DNA of 31,364 bases from Nanobdellota archaeon. Its GTDB lineage: Archaea > Nanobdellota > Nanobdellia > Woesearchaeales > GW2011-AR15. Made by a program: the position numbers and the translations under genes. The number at the start of each line of letters is the position of its first letter. The stretch's first letter is position 1. This document shows, piece by piece, positions 17,248-25,705 of this stretch. The DNA lies in the NCBI GenBank assembly GCA_013335235.1, contig JAAXVZ010000001.1, forward strand, positions 1 to 31,364, given 5' to 3'. Under the pieces are notes generated by a model. It did not search any database. It had not been told where the DNA came from and worked only from the letters and a program-made list of their open reading frames with translations.

Positions 17248-18621
17248 ATGCCGCCAAGCGTATTTGTGATTTTCGGTGCAACAGGTGATTTGACACACAG
17301 GAAACTGATCCCAGCAGCCCTCAGCCTTTTCGAAAAAGGAAGGCTTCCGGAAATATTCGCGATTGTCGGTGTCGCGAGAAAGGACATGACAACTGAAGAA
17401 TTCAGGTCAAGCCTTGAGGCTTCAGCAAAGCAGTTCAAGAAGCACTTCTCTGCCGCTAGCTGGAAAAGATTTTCACAGCTCATCCATTATTTTAAGAACG
17501 ATTTTGACACAGAAGGTTCCTACCCTGAAATGAAATTATTTATGGAAAAGATAGACCAGGAATACGGGACAGCAGGAAACCGTGTATTGTATCTTGCAAC
17601 AATGCCAAGGCATTTCGAGAACATCATCAACCTGATGAAACGGTATGACTGCATCAAGAGAACAAAAGACAGGACCTATAGGATTGTCATAGAGAAACCG
17701 TTTGGCACAGACCTTAAGAGTGCGACAGATCTCAACGAGAAACTTAGCGCACTGTTTCATGAGAAGGAGATTTTCAGGATAGACCATTATCTCGGGAAAG
17801 AGACTGTGCAGAATCTTTTTGCGCTCAGGTTTGCAAACAGGATCTTTGAGCCTGTTTGGAACTCCAAACATATAGACAATGTGCAGATAACAGTTGCCGA
17901 AAGCCTTGGTGTTGAAGGGAGAGGTGGCTATTACGATGGCTATGGGGCGACAAAGGACATGATACAGAACCATCTTCTGCAGATACTCTCTATCTTTGCC
18001 ATGGAGCCTCCAAAAGAATTTGAGAGCGAGGCAATCAAGGACAAAAAAGTTGCTCTTTTAACGAAGATAAAGTTAGATAGCTATCAATTGGGCCAATATA
18101 ACGGATATGCGCAGGAACCAGGTGTTGCGCCAGGGACAAAGACAGAGACATATTCAGCAGTCAAGCTACATATTGACACACCTCGTTGGAAAGGCACGCC
18201 ATTCTATCTTAGGACTGGGAAGAAGCTTGCTAGGAAAGCGTCAGAGATCGTTGTCCGGTTCAAGGACTGCGAGTATAACCTTTTTGACGTGAAGAGCAAT
18301 GTCTTGGTGATAAGGCTCCAGCCAGATGAAGGCATCTATCTGAGGTTCAATGCAAAAGAGCCTGGGACGGATTTCAAGATAACTGAAGTATCCATGGATT
18401 TCTGCCACGAGTGCCTGTTTCCGATAAATACACCCGAGGCGTATGAAAAGCTGATTTTTGATGCTTTTTCAAACGACAGGAGCCTGTTCTCAAGATGGGA
18501 TGAGGTTGCCTCTGCCTGGAAGCTGGTAGATAGGATTGATAAGAGCAAACCAGTTATCTATGAGCAAGGAAGCTGGGGACCGCCATCTTTTGATGACATG
18601 ACTTGGAGGGAGCCGCTATGA
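17248..18621 (+). CDS. zwf: Glucose-6-phosphate 1-dehydrogenase
   Basis: The N-terminal dinucleotide motif is FVIFGATGDLTHRKL. The catalytic signature RIDHYLGKE and the EKPFG motif are both present. Confidence 0.9.
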   Translation: MPPSVFVIFGATGDLTHRKLIPAALSLFEKGRLPEIFAIVGVARKDMTTEEFRSSLEASAKQFKKHFSAASWKRFSQLIHYFKNDFDTEGSYPEMKLFMEKIDQEYGTAGNRVLYLATMPRHFENIINLMKRYDCIKRTKDRTYRIVIEKPFGTDLKSATDLNEKLSALFHEKEIFRIDHYLGKETVQNLFALRFANRIFEPVWNSKHIDNVQITVAESLGVEGRGGYYDGYGATKDMIQNHLLQILSIFAMEPPKEFESEAIKDKKVALLTKIKLDSYQLGQYNGYAQEPGVAPGTKTETYSAVKLHIDTPRWKGTPFYLRTGKKLARKASEIVVRFKDCEYNLFDVKSNVLVIRLQPDEGIYLRFNAKEPGTDFKITEVSMDFCHECLFPINTPEAYEKLIFDAFSNDRSLFSRWDEVASAWKLVDRIDKSKPVIYEQGSWGPPSFDDMTWREPL

Positions 18622-19277
18622 TCACACATGATTTGAAAGAAGCTATACTCACAATAAGAAAGACCGTCGCAAGCGAAGTCCTGAAAAAGGAATATGCGAC
18701 AATAGGCCTTCCGGGCGGCAGGAGCGTCAAGGTCCTTTTGGATGCGCTCCAGAATGAAGAGCTTCCATGGAAAAAGATTCACTTCTTCATGGTTGATGAG
18801 CGTCTTGCTCCGCTTACAAGCGAAGATAGCAATTTCAAGATGCTGAAATCTGTATTTTTTGAGGGGTTGATATCATCGGGCAAGCTCCCGCAGAAGAACC
18901 TCCATCCATTTGATCCTGAGAACCAGACACCACAGGAATATTCTGCGACACTAGTTGATTTTGGTGGAAGATTTGATGTTGCAGTGCTAGGTGTCGGAGA
19001 GGATGGCCATGTAGGAGCGCTCTTCCCTAATTATTCCATCGAGTCAAAGGAAGAGTATTTTTTCACAATAGACAATTCTCCAAAGCTTCCAAAAGAGAGG
19101 ATGACTTCATCAAGATCGCTCCTCACAAAGAGCCAGCTTGGAGTCCTTCTTTTCATTGGTGATGGAAAGCGGACAGCGCTTAGCCAGTTCAAGGATACTA
19201 ACGTCACAGTGTCAAACTGCCCTGCAAAGCTTGCGCTGGAAATGCAGTCATATGTTGCTTATACAGACATAAGATGA
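18618..19277 (+). CDS. pgl: 6-phosphogluconolactonase
   Basis: GLPGGRS, VDERLAP...SNF and GVGEDGHVGALFP match the DevB/Pgl family. ATG 18618 overlaps the zwf stop (ATGA). Confidence 0.8.
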   Translation: MITHDLKEAILTIRKTVASEVLKKEYATIGLPGGRSVKVLLDALQNEELPWKKIHFFMVDERLAPLTSEDSNFKMLKSVFFEGLISSGKLPQKNLHPFDPENQTPQEYSATLVDFGGRFDVAVLGVGEDGHVGALFPNYSIESKEEYFFTIDNSPKLPKERMTSSRSLLTKSQLGVLLFIGDGKRTALSQFKDTNVTVSNCPAKLALEMQSYVAYTDIR

Positions 19278-19951
19278 TTCCGGTAAATGTCAAGACAGTC
19301 CTTGCTATATTTTTTGTAATAGGCTCTTTGCTTGTCTCTGTTTCAGGATATTTTTTCTATTCTTTCCAGTCAGTAGAAAAACTACGCACAGAAGGAACCA
19401 TTGTCTCTGTAGATATAGCCTATGATTCAGATGGAGACAGATATGAGCGGCCAGCTATTTCTTATATGACACAAGAAGGGGAAGTCAGGACTTTTGTGCC
19501 GCATGTCAAAGAGTCATTAGCTACATATTCTGTCGGCCAGAAGATTCAGGTCTTATATGACCAAAAAGGGAATGCGTGGGTTGATTCGTTAGTCCAGCTA
19601 TATTTTCCATACGCTGTTCCATTTTTTATAGGTGTAGTTTTCCTGATTGTCTCTTCTGCTGTATTTCTATCAATAAAACCGCAAGATAAGGGGCTTAAGG
19701 ATACAGGAAAAAGGCTAGTCACACAATATGTTAGGAGAGAGGAAGTGCCAGAGATACAGGTAAATGGAAGACCGCAATATAGGATACTCACAAAAGGCAC
19801 AGATGCTGCAGGGAATGAAGTGTTTTTCCATAGCGAAGCTATGGACTTGCCGCCAGATGAATTCCCGAGAGAGTTTATAGACATATATGTAGACAGGAAG
19901 AATCCATCAAGATATTATATGGATCTCTCCTTTCTTGAGGTGAAAAAATGA
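19274..19951 (+). CDS. Membrane protein with two DUF3592-like beta domains
   Basis: It has two hydrophobic helices, VLAIFFVIGSLLVSVSGYFFY and YAVPFFIGVVFLIVSSAVFLSI. Each helix is followed by a DUF3592-like segment, for example TEGTIVSVD...VGQKIQVLYD. ATGA overlaps occur at both ends (19274-19277 and 19948-19951). Confidence 0.55.
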   Translation: MIPVNVKTVLAIFFVIGSLLVSVSGYFFYSFQSVEKLRTEGTIVSVDIAYDSDGDRYERPAISYMTQEGEVRTFVPHVKESLATYSVGQKIQVLYDQKGNAWVDSLVQLYFPYAVPFFIGVVFLIVSSAVFLSIKPQDKGLKDTGKRLVTQYVRREEVPEIQVNGRPQYRILTKGTDAAGNEVFFHSEAMDLPPDEFPREFIDIYVDRKNPSRYYMDLSFLEVKK

Positions 19952-20850
19952 GAATCGGAATTATAGGATTAGGAAGGATGGGAATGCACATGTGCTTCAG
20001 GCTAGTGAAAGAGAAGCACGAAATAGTTGTTTTCAACCGCTCTCCGGAGAAAATCAAGGAAGCGGTGAAACAAGGAGCGATTGGCTCTGCCAGCCTAGCT
20101 GATTTTGCGAAAAAGCTTGGGAAGACAAAGATAGTCTGGCTCATGGTTCCAGCAGGAGACCCAGTCGATGAGATGATAACAGGCCTATTGCCCAGCCTCA
20201 ATAAGGGCGATATTATTATTGATGGCGGCAACTCAAATTACCAGGATTCGGCCAGGCGTGCAGAGTTCCTGAAACTCAAGGGCGTCTCCTATTTGGACTG
20301 CGGGACATCCGGCGGCCTTGGCGGGGAGAAGACAGGCTACTGCCTTATGGTTGGCGGAGAGAAGGCAGCATACACCAAGCTGGTTCCAATATTCAAGGCG
20401 CTTTCAGCTAAGGAGGGTTATTTTTACACAGGGCCATCAGGAAGCGGGCATTATGTCAAGATGATACACAACGGCATAGAATACGCGCTCCTGCAGTCTT
20501 ATGCAGAGGGTTTTGAGCTTCTGACAACAGGGCCGTATAAGATTGATCTCCCGGGTGTAGCAGAACTATGGAACCATGGTTCTGTCATCAGGTCATGGCT
20601 TCTTGAGCTAGGTGCAGATGCGCTGAAAAAAGACCCCACTCTTCAAGGCATTGAGGACTTTGTAGGTGGGGGATCTACAGGCACTTGGACAGTCGAGGAA
20701 TCCCTCAGGACAGGGACACCTAGCCCGATGATTGGGCTTGCGCTGGCTTTAAGGTTCAGGACAAGGCAGAAATCCTCCTTTGCAGGAAAGATGGTTTCAG
20801 CTTTGCGAAATGGATTCGGCGGCCATGAGACAGTCAAAAAGCAGAAATAG
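19948..20850 (+). CDS. gnd: 6-phosphogluconate dehydrogenase, decarboxylating, short (~300 aa) form
   Basis: MRIGIIGLGRMG is a Rossmann-fold start. WLMVPAG, IIDGGNS, LDCGTSGG, GHYVKMIHNGIEY are hallmarks of the short Gnd/YqeC type. Confidence 0.85.
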   Translation: MRIGIIGLGRMGMHMCFRLVKEKHEIVVFNRSPEKIKEAVKQGAIGSASLADFAKKLGKTKIVWLMVPAGDPVDEMITGLLPSLNKGDIIIDGGNSNYQDSARRAEFLKLKGVSYLDCGTSGGLGGEKTGYCLMVGGEKAAYTKLVPIFKALSAKEGYFYTGPSGSGHYVKMIHNGIEYALLQSYAEGFELLTTGPYKIDLPGVAELWNHGSVIRSWLLELGADALKKDPTLQGIEDFVGGGSTGTWTVEESLRTGTPSPMIGLALALRFRTRQKSSFAGKMVSALRNGFGGHETVKKQK

Positions 20851-20871
20851 TCCTTCTCTTTCTTATTTATC

Positions 20872-21951
20872 ATGGATGTAAAACAGTTCTCTGGCGACAA
20901 GATACTTTTTCATCTTGAAAGAGTGGAAGAATTCCTTTCTACAGGAAAGTCAAGGCCGATAACAATCGAATTTGACATGACCAATCTCTGTAACCATAAC
21001 TGCCCATTCTGCTATGGGTATTATAATAGGAAAGAGAATAAGTCGCATCTTTCTAAAGAAGAGGCAATTAGATATATTACACAACTAAAGGCAGCAGGTG
21101 TTATCGCAGTTATGTTTTCAGGTGGAGGAGACCCACTCATGAACAGGAATACGATTGATGTGATGGAATATGCTAAGTCTCTTGACCTTGATGTGGCTTT
21201 GATAACAAACGGCCTTGCCATGGATGCAAAGACCTCTGAAAGGGCAATTAAGATATGCACGTGGATCAGAGTCTCTGTGGATGCAGATAATGAAGAAACT
21301 TATCATAAGACCCACGGAGTATCAAAGCAGGCATGGGAGACAATGCTAACGAATGTCAGGGAGCTAGTATCACTTAAGAAAAATACAGGCTCTAGTTGCA
21401 CAATCGGTGTAGGCTATCTTACTACTAAAGACACTATCTCTAGGGAGAAGATGCTCAAGTTCACAAGGAAGTTCAAGGAGCTAGGTGTCGATTATTCCCA
21501 GTTCAGGCCTCTCATGCCAAAGTGGGAAGAGAATAAACAGGTAGACCCGGACCCATCTCTAGATATAATAAAGGAATGCGTAAAAGAAGCAGCTCCGGGA
21601 TACGATGTACTTTATTCAAAACCAAAATATGAGTTCATGGACAAGCCAAGAGCTGAGTGGAGACCATATGGCATATGCTTAGGCGTTAATTTCACGACAG
21701 TGATTAGCGCAGATAGTAAGGTATATGTCTGCTGCCATCATAGAGGCATTGAAAAATACTGCCTAGGAGACCTAAGAAAAGAGACATTTGGACAGATTTG
21801 GGAAAGGCGGCAGAAGACCTTTACTAAGATAGACTTCAGGGACTGCCCATATTTCTGCAGGAACAACCCTTTCAACATGCTCTTATGGGAGATGAAAAAT
21901 GGCAAAAAATTTTCAAGGAAAGGAAAGGCAGTGCATGAGAATTTTCTTTGA
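20872..21951 (+). CDS. Radical SAM protein with a Cys-rich (SPASM/twitch-like) C-terminal region
   Basis: The CNHNCPFC (CxxxCxxC) cluster motif is followed by FSGGGDPL. The C-terminal cysteines are VCCHHRGIEKYCLGDL...DCPYFC. The substrate is unknown. Confidence 0.7.
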   Translation: MDVKQFSGDKILFHLERVEEFLSTGKSRPITIEFDMTNLCNHNCPFCYGYYNRKENKSHLSKEEAIRYITQLKAAGVIAVMFSGGGDPLMNRNTIDVMEYAKSLDLDVALITNGLAMDAKTSERAIKICTWIRVSVDADNEETYHKTHGVSKQAWETMLTNVRELVSLKKNTGSSCTIGVGYLTTKDTISREKMLKFTRKFKELGVDYSQFRPLMPKWEENKQVDPDPSLDIIKECVKEAAPGYDVLYSKPKYEFMDKPRAEWRPYGICLGVNFTTVISADSKVYVCCHHRGIEKYCLGDLRKETFGQIWERRQKTFTKIDFRDCPYFCRNNPFNMLLWEMKNGKKFSRKGKAVHENFL

Positions 21952-22248
21952 TTAGTTGTACTTAGCAGTTATTGTCTCAATTATTTTATCTAAGTCTGCC
22001 TTTGCTTCTGTGGCAGTAAAGCCGCCTTTTACCGATTTTACGTGTGCAAAATAATAAATCTGTGCAGCAAAAGGAGGTTTATCTGTTACTTCACGAAGAT
22101 CACAGTTAAGTACCCTTAAAATTCCTGCACCTGTTTCTTTTATCTCTTTTAAACCAGCATGCGCTTTTCTTGCATCTGCCAAGGTATTAAAATAAAATAT
22201 GCCTTCCATGCCGTCTCCTGGATTAAAAATTGAATTATATGTTGCCAT
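21952..22248 (-). CDS. Hypothetical protein (98 aa)
   Basis: A clean ORF with ATG 22248 and a TATA-like box about 25 nt upstream. I recognise no motif. It is convergent with the radical SAM gene, with no spacer between the two stops. Confidence 0.45.
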   Translation of the reverse strand: MATYNSIFNPGDGMEGIFYFNTLADARKAHAGLKEIKETGAGILRVLNCDLREVTDKPPFAAQIYYFAHVKSVKGGFTATEAKADLDKIIETITAKYN

Positions 22249-22266
22249 TTTTATTACTTAAAAGTA

Positions 22267-22279
22267 GTTATATTTAAAC
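22267..22279 (-). promoter_or_regulatory. TATA-like box (gtttaaatataac on the minus strand) for the 98-aa orphan
   Basis: Centred about 25 nt upstream of ATG 22248. Confidence 0.4.
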
Positions 22280-22320
22280 ATTTTGGAAACGTGGTCCTGT
22301 TCCTTCAATAAAATAACTAT

Positions 22321-22333
22321 AAAAAAGAAAAAA
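22321..22333 (-). terminator. T6-C-T6 tract immediately after the cdc48 stop
   Basis: The plus strand reads aaaaaagaaaaaa, 3 nt beyond the TAG at 22336-22338. Confidence 0.4.
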
Positions 22334-22335
22334 GC

Positions 22336-24978
22336 CTATCCGTAATACACTGGCTTAGTCTCCTTCATCTCCTTGCCTCTTGCAGCGCGGAACTGGCTCT
22401 GCAGTTCCTTGTATGCGTCAGCGACATCCTTGGTTACTGAAGGAGAGACCTTCTGCATAGCATCATCGAAGAAGGTCTTACCTATCTTCTCTGCCTTGAT
22501 ATCTTTCCTTAAAGCCAGCATCGCAGCTTCCCTGCATATCGCTTCTATATCTGCGCCGACATACCCTTCAGTAAGCCTTGCAATCTCCTTCAAGTCCACA
22601 TCTTTTGAGATTGGCATGTTCTTTGTGTGTATTTTCAGTATCTCTAGTCTTGAAGCCTCATCAGGGCTTGGGACAAGGATAATTCTGTCAAACCTTCCTG
22701 GCCTGAGGAGTGCAGTATCTATCATATCCGGCCTGTTTGTCGCGCCTAGTATGACTATGTTGTGAAGATCGACAACACCATCCATCTCTGTCAGGAGCTG
22801 ATTTACAACTTTGTCGCTGGTGTGGCCGTCAGATGTGTCGCCGCCTCTTCTTGCAGCAAGCGAGTCAAGCTCATCAAAGAATATGATTGCAGGTGAGGCT
22901 TGTCTTGCCTTCTCGAATATCTTCCTCACAGCCTTCTCAGATTCTCCGACCCATTTTGACAATAGTTCAGGCCCTTTTACCAATATGAAATTTGCCTTGC
23001 TCTCATGCGCAACAGCCTTTGCAAGCAGCGTCTTTCCAGTTCCTGGCGGGCCGTATAGCAAGATGCCTTTTGGCGGCTTTATTCCCATCCTTGAGAAAAC
23101 TATCGGCTGCTTCAGTGGCCATTCAACAGCTTCTAGAAGTTCCTGCCTTACTGTGTCAAGCCCACCTATGTCTCTCCATGATACATTCGGAACTTCAATC
23201 AGGACTTCACGGAGCGCACTTGGCCTGACAACTTTCAGGGCCTCGACAAAATTGCGTTTCTTTACTTTCAGCTTCTCCAGCTGCTCTTTTGAAATGGGTT
23301 TGTCTTCTTCCAGCTTCAGGTCAGGGTAAATCTCTCTTAGCAGGTCCATCGCCGCCTCTTTTGCAAGGGCAGACAGGTCTGCACCCACAAAACCATGGGT
23401 GACTTCAGCTAGATCATCTAGCATCAGCTCACGTATAGATACAAGGATGATTGTCTTTATCTCGTTTCTTTTATCTTTAAGTTTTGATGTTATTATCTCT
23501 TTTGCTTCTTCTGATTTGCCTGGCTGGACAGTGCTTGCGATGCTCTCAGCAATCCTCCTCCTGCACTTGCTTGCGAGGATCTCTGAGTTCTGGTCAAGGT
23601 TTTCTTTTGAAAGCTGCTTTAGGTATGTCTCCAGTTTTGCTACCATCTGTTGCGAGAATTGCTTGCCTTCCTTGTTTATATCTTTTGCAAGGTGTACAAT
23701 CTCACTGGTCTTTACTGCCTCGAGCATCTTAGCAAGGCCAGCCTCTATCTTCTTTACATCTATATTCGGATCTATTGTCTTCGGATCATCATCAATAGGC
23801 ATGTTTCTTGAGTGGATCTTCAGGATATTGAGCCTTCCTTCTTTGTCCGGAACACCGATTTCGAGCTCTCTATCGAACCTTCCAGGCCTTCTTAATGCAG
23901 GATCCAGTTCATTTGGGATGTTTGTCGCGCCGATGACTATTACTTTCCCCCTGCTTTTCAGACCATCCATAAGAGCCAGCATCTGTGCTACAACACGTCT
24001 CTCAACTTCTCCTTTCGACTCTTCTCTCTTTGATGCGATTGCGTCGATCTCATCTATGAATATTATCGAAGGTGCGTTCTTCTCCGCCTCTTCAAACTTT
24101 TTTCTCAGATTCTCTTCAGACTGACCATAATACTTTGACATGATTTCAGGTCCGTTTATTAAGAGAAAGTTTGCGCTTGTCTCATTTGCAACAGCCTTTG
24201 CAAGCAGTGTTTTTCCTGTTCCGGGTGGTCCATACAGCAAAATTCCTTTTGGAGGTTCGATGCCAAGGGCCTCAAAGACCTCAGGGTGCTTCAGTGGCAA
24301 CTCGACCATTTCCCTGATCTTCCTGATCTCATCCTGGAGTCCGCCTATATCTTCATACGTGACTTCAAGAGCTTTGCCTTCCTCTGCAACCTCTGTTGCC
24401 TGCGGATTGAACTGGACTTCAGTCTGTTCGGTTATCATAACTGCCTGTTTTGGTGTTGCATCTACAACAATAAATTTCAAGTCACCTAAGCCAAAGCCCA
24501 TCAGGCCTTCTGGCATCATCGAGAAAATATCCTCATCAAACATCGGATTCGCTTGTGTGCTCTGTTTTCGCCTTCTGCTTCCGCCAAGAGAGACTATATC
24601 TCCTTTTATTACTGCCCTGCCAAGAAGCCCCATCTTGAAAACTCTCGGGTCTCCCCTTATGCTTATATCTTTTCTCTGTGGGGCAATGACCACTTTCTTC
24701 GCTTCGACAACGCTTGCCTTCTTTACACTCACGGTCTCTCCTATTCCTGCTTTTGCATTCCTCCTTATGAGACCATCCATCCTTATTATATTAAGGCCAA
24801 TATCTCCAGGATATGCCCTGTCAGCGATGCCGACAGTTGTCCTTTCTCCTTTAATCTCTACAATATCTCCAGCCCTTATTCCGAGCTCATACATGAAACT
24901 GGAATCTATTCTGACAATTCCTTTATTGACGTCATCCTGGATAGCTTCTGCAACCTTGAGTTTCAATTCTCCTGTCAT
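22336..24978 (-). CDS. cdc48: CDC48/VAT/p97-type AAA+ ATPase (N domain + D1 + D2) with an insertion in D1
   Basis: It has two full AAA modules: Walker A GPPGTGKT twice, and Walker B IIFIDEID / IIFFDELD. The N-terminal domain begins [20 protein letters not shown] prefer ATG 24978, preceded by AGGTGATTGAT; the track start is GTG 24987. Confidence 0.9.
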   Translation of the reverse strand: MTGELKLKVAEAIQDDVNKGIVRIDSSFMYELGIRAGDIVEIKGERTTVGIADRAYPGDIGLNIIRMDGLIRRNAKAGIGETVSVKKASVVEAKKVVIAPQRKDISIRGDPRVFKMGLLGRAVIKGDIVSLGGSRRRKQSTQANPMFDEDIFSMMPEGLMGFGLGDLKFIVVDATPKQAVMITEQTEVQFNPQATEVAEEGKALEVTYEDIGGLQDEIRKIREMVELPLKHPEVFEALGIEPPKGILLYGPPGTGKTLLAKAVANETSANFLLINGPEIMSKYYGQSEENLRKKFEEAEKNAPSIIFIDEIDAIASKREESKGEVERRVVAQMLALMDGLKSRGKVIVIGATNIPNELDPALRRPGRFDRELEIGVPDKEGRLNILKIHSRNMPIDDDPKTIDPNIDVKKIEAGLAKMLEAVKTSEIVHLAKDINKEGKQFSQQMVAKLETYLKQLSKENLDQNSEILASKCRRRIAESIASTVQPGKSEEAKEIITSKLKDKRNEIKTIILVSIRELMLDDLAEVTHGFVGADLSALAKEAAMDLLREIYPDLKLEEDKPISKEQLEKLKVKKRNFVEALKVVRPSALREVLIEVPNVSWRDIGGLDTVRQELLEAVEWPLKQPIVFSRMGIKPPKGILLYGPPGTGKTLLAKAVAHESKANFILVKGPELLSKWVGESEKAVRKIFEKARQASPAIIFFDELDSLAARRGGDTSDGHTSDKVVNQLLTEMDGVVDLHNIVILGATNRPDMIDTALLRPGRFDRIILVPSPDEASRLEILKIHTKNMPISKDVDLKEIARLTEGYVGADIEAICREAAMLALRKDIKAEKIGKTFFDDAMQKVSPSVTKDVADAYKELQSQFRAARGKEMKETKPVYYG

Positions 24979-25126
24979 ATCAATCACCTGTTTTTAATAA
25001 TAATTGGGGGTAATTAAAGATATCGCTAGAATTTTTGTTTTCCATAGGTGTATTCACCAGTTGTTCGGCATGGAAAGCGAAAGGGCCCAAGCGATGGACC
25101 AGAACGATTGATAATAATAATAAAAA

Positions 25127-25552
25127 TTACTTCTTCTTAGGCTTTGCAGCAGCTTCCTCTATCTTTGGCAAAGGAATCTGTGGAGGCAATTGCATATCTC
25201 TTGCGATAAAGAGTGCCTGCATATTGCACCTTGCGAGCAGTGTATTATATACATCTTTCATTATATCTGATTGAAGCTTCTTCTCCTTCTCCCATAAGGC
25301 AATTGCCTCTTTTCCTTTGGTCTCTGTCACTACCAGGACAAGTGCGCCTGCCAATGTTATTGAGGCGATATCAGGAGCATATGTTGTCTTGAACTCGAAA
25401 GAGAACTCAAGGCCTTTTTGCTTACTTGCACCTGTGATTTTAGCTTCTTTCACATCAACAACTGCAAGATTATTGCTTACCTTCAATCCTTCTGTTATTG
25501 ATTTCTTTTTTTCAGCAATCATCTTTGTGTATCTGAATCCAAGTACTGTCAT
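25127..25552 (-). CDS. Hypothetical protein (141 aa), possibly with a SecB-like chaperone fold
   Basis: GGTGAGAAA lies directly before the ATG. Beta-rich segments are followed by a helix and a PPQIPLP motif, a layout that resembles SecB. This is a by-eye comparison only. The C-terminus is a Lys-rich tail. Confidence 0.5.
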   Translation of the reverse strand: MTVLGFRYTKMIAEKKKSITEGLKVSNNLAVVDVKEAKITGASKQKGLEFSFEFKTTYAPDIASITLAGALVLVVTETKGKEAIALWEKEKKLQSDIMKDVYNTLLARCNMQALFIARDMQLPPQIPLPKIEEAAAKPKKK

Positions 25553-25705
25553 TTTCTCACCTTCAATTGATTATGATGTAGTAATTTTGAAGTGAATATA
25601 TAAAGATATCTGGCCTGGAAAGATTATCTCATTTTTTAGTGCAATTGTGCGTAAAGCTTGCATGTAATTACAGTTTATCAGAAAGAACGGAACCAACAAT
25701 GAAAT

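Noticed and set aside
23428-23793. The CDC48 insertion considered as an intein or mobile insertion.
   Set aside because: It has no Cys/Ser/Thr at the N-junction, no His-Asn plus nucleophile at the C-junction and no homing-endonuclease motifs. It reads as a charged helical segment.
22373-24997. A series of long plus-strand ORFs (130, 172, 241 and 285 aa) antisense to cdc48. Similar antisense ORFs lie opposite glmS/glmU/glmM (41-4579).
   Set aside because: Their products are low-complexity and Ser/Phe/Ile/Leu-rich. They lie exactly opposite strongly supported genes, so they are classic shadow ORFs. They have no promoter or SD support.
25040-25110. A GC-richer patch (gttcggcatggaaagcgaaagggcccaagcgatggaccagaacg) between the SecB-like gene and the cdc48 start, considered as an sRNA.
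   Set aside because: I could only build weak, mismatched helices, and there is no promoter/terminator pair. It more likely belongs to the cdc48 5' region.
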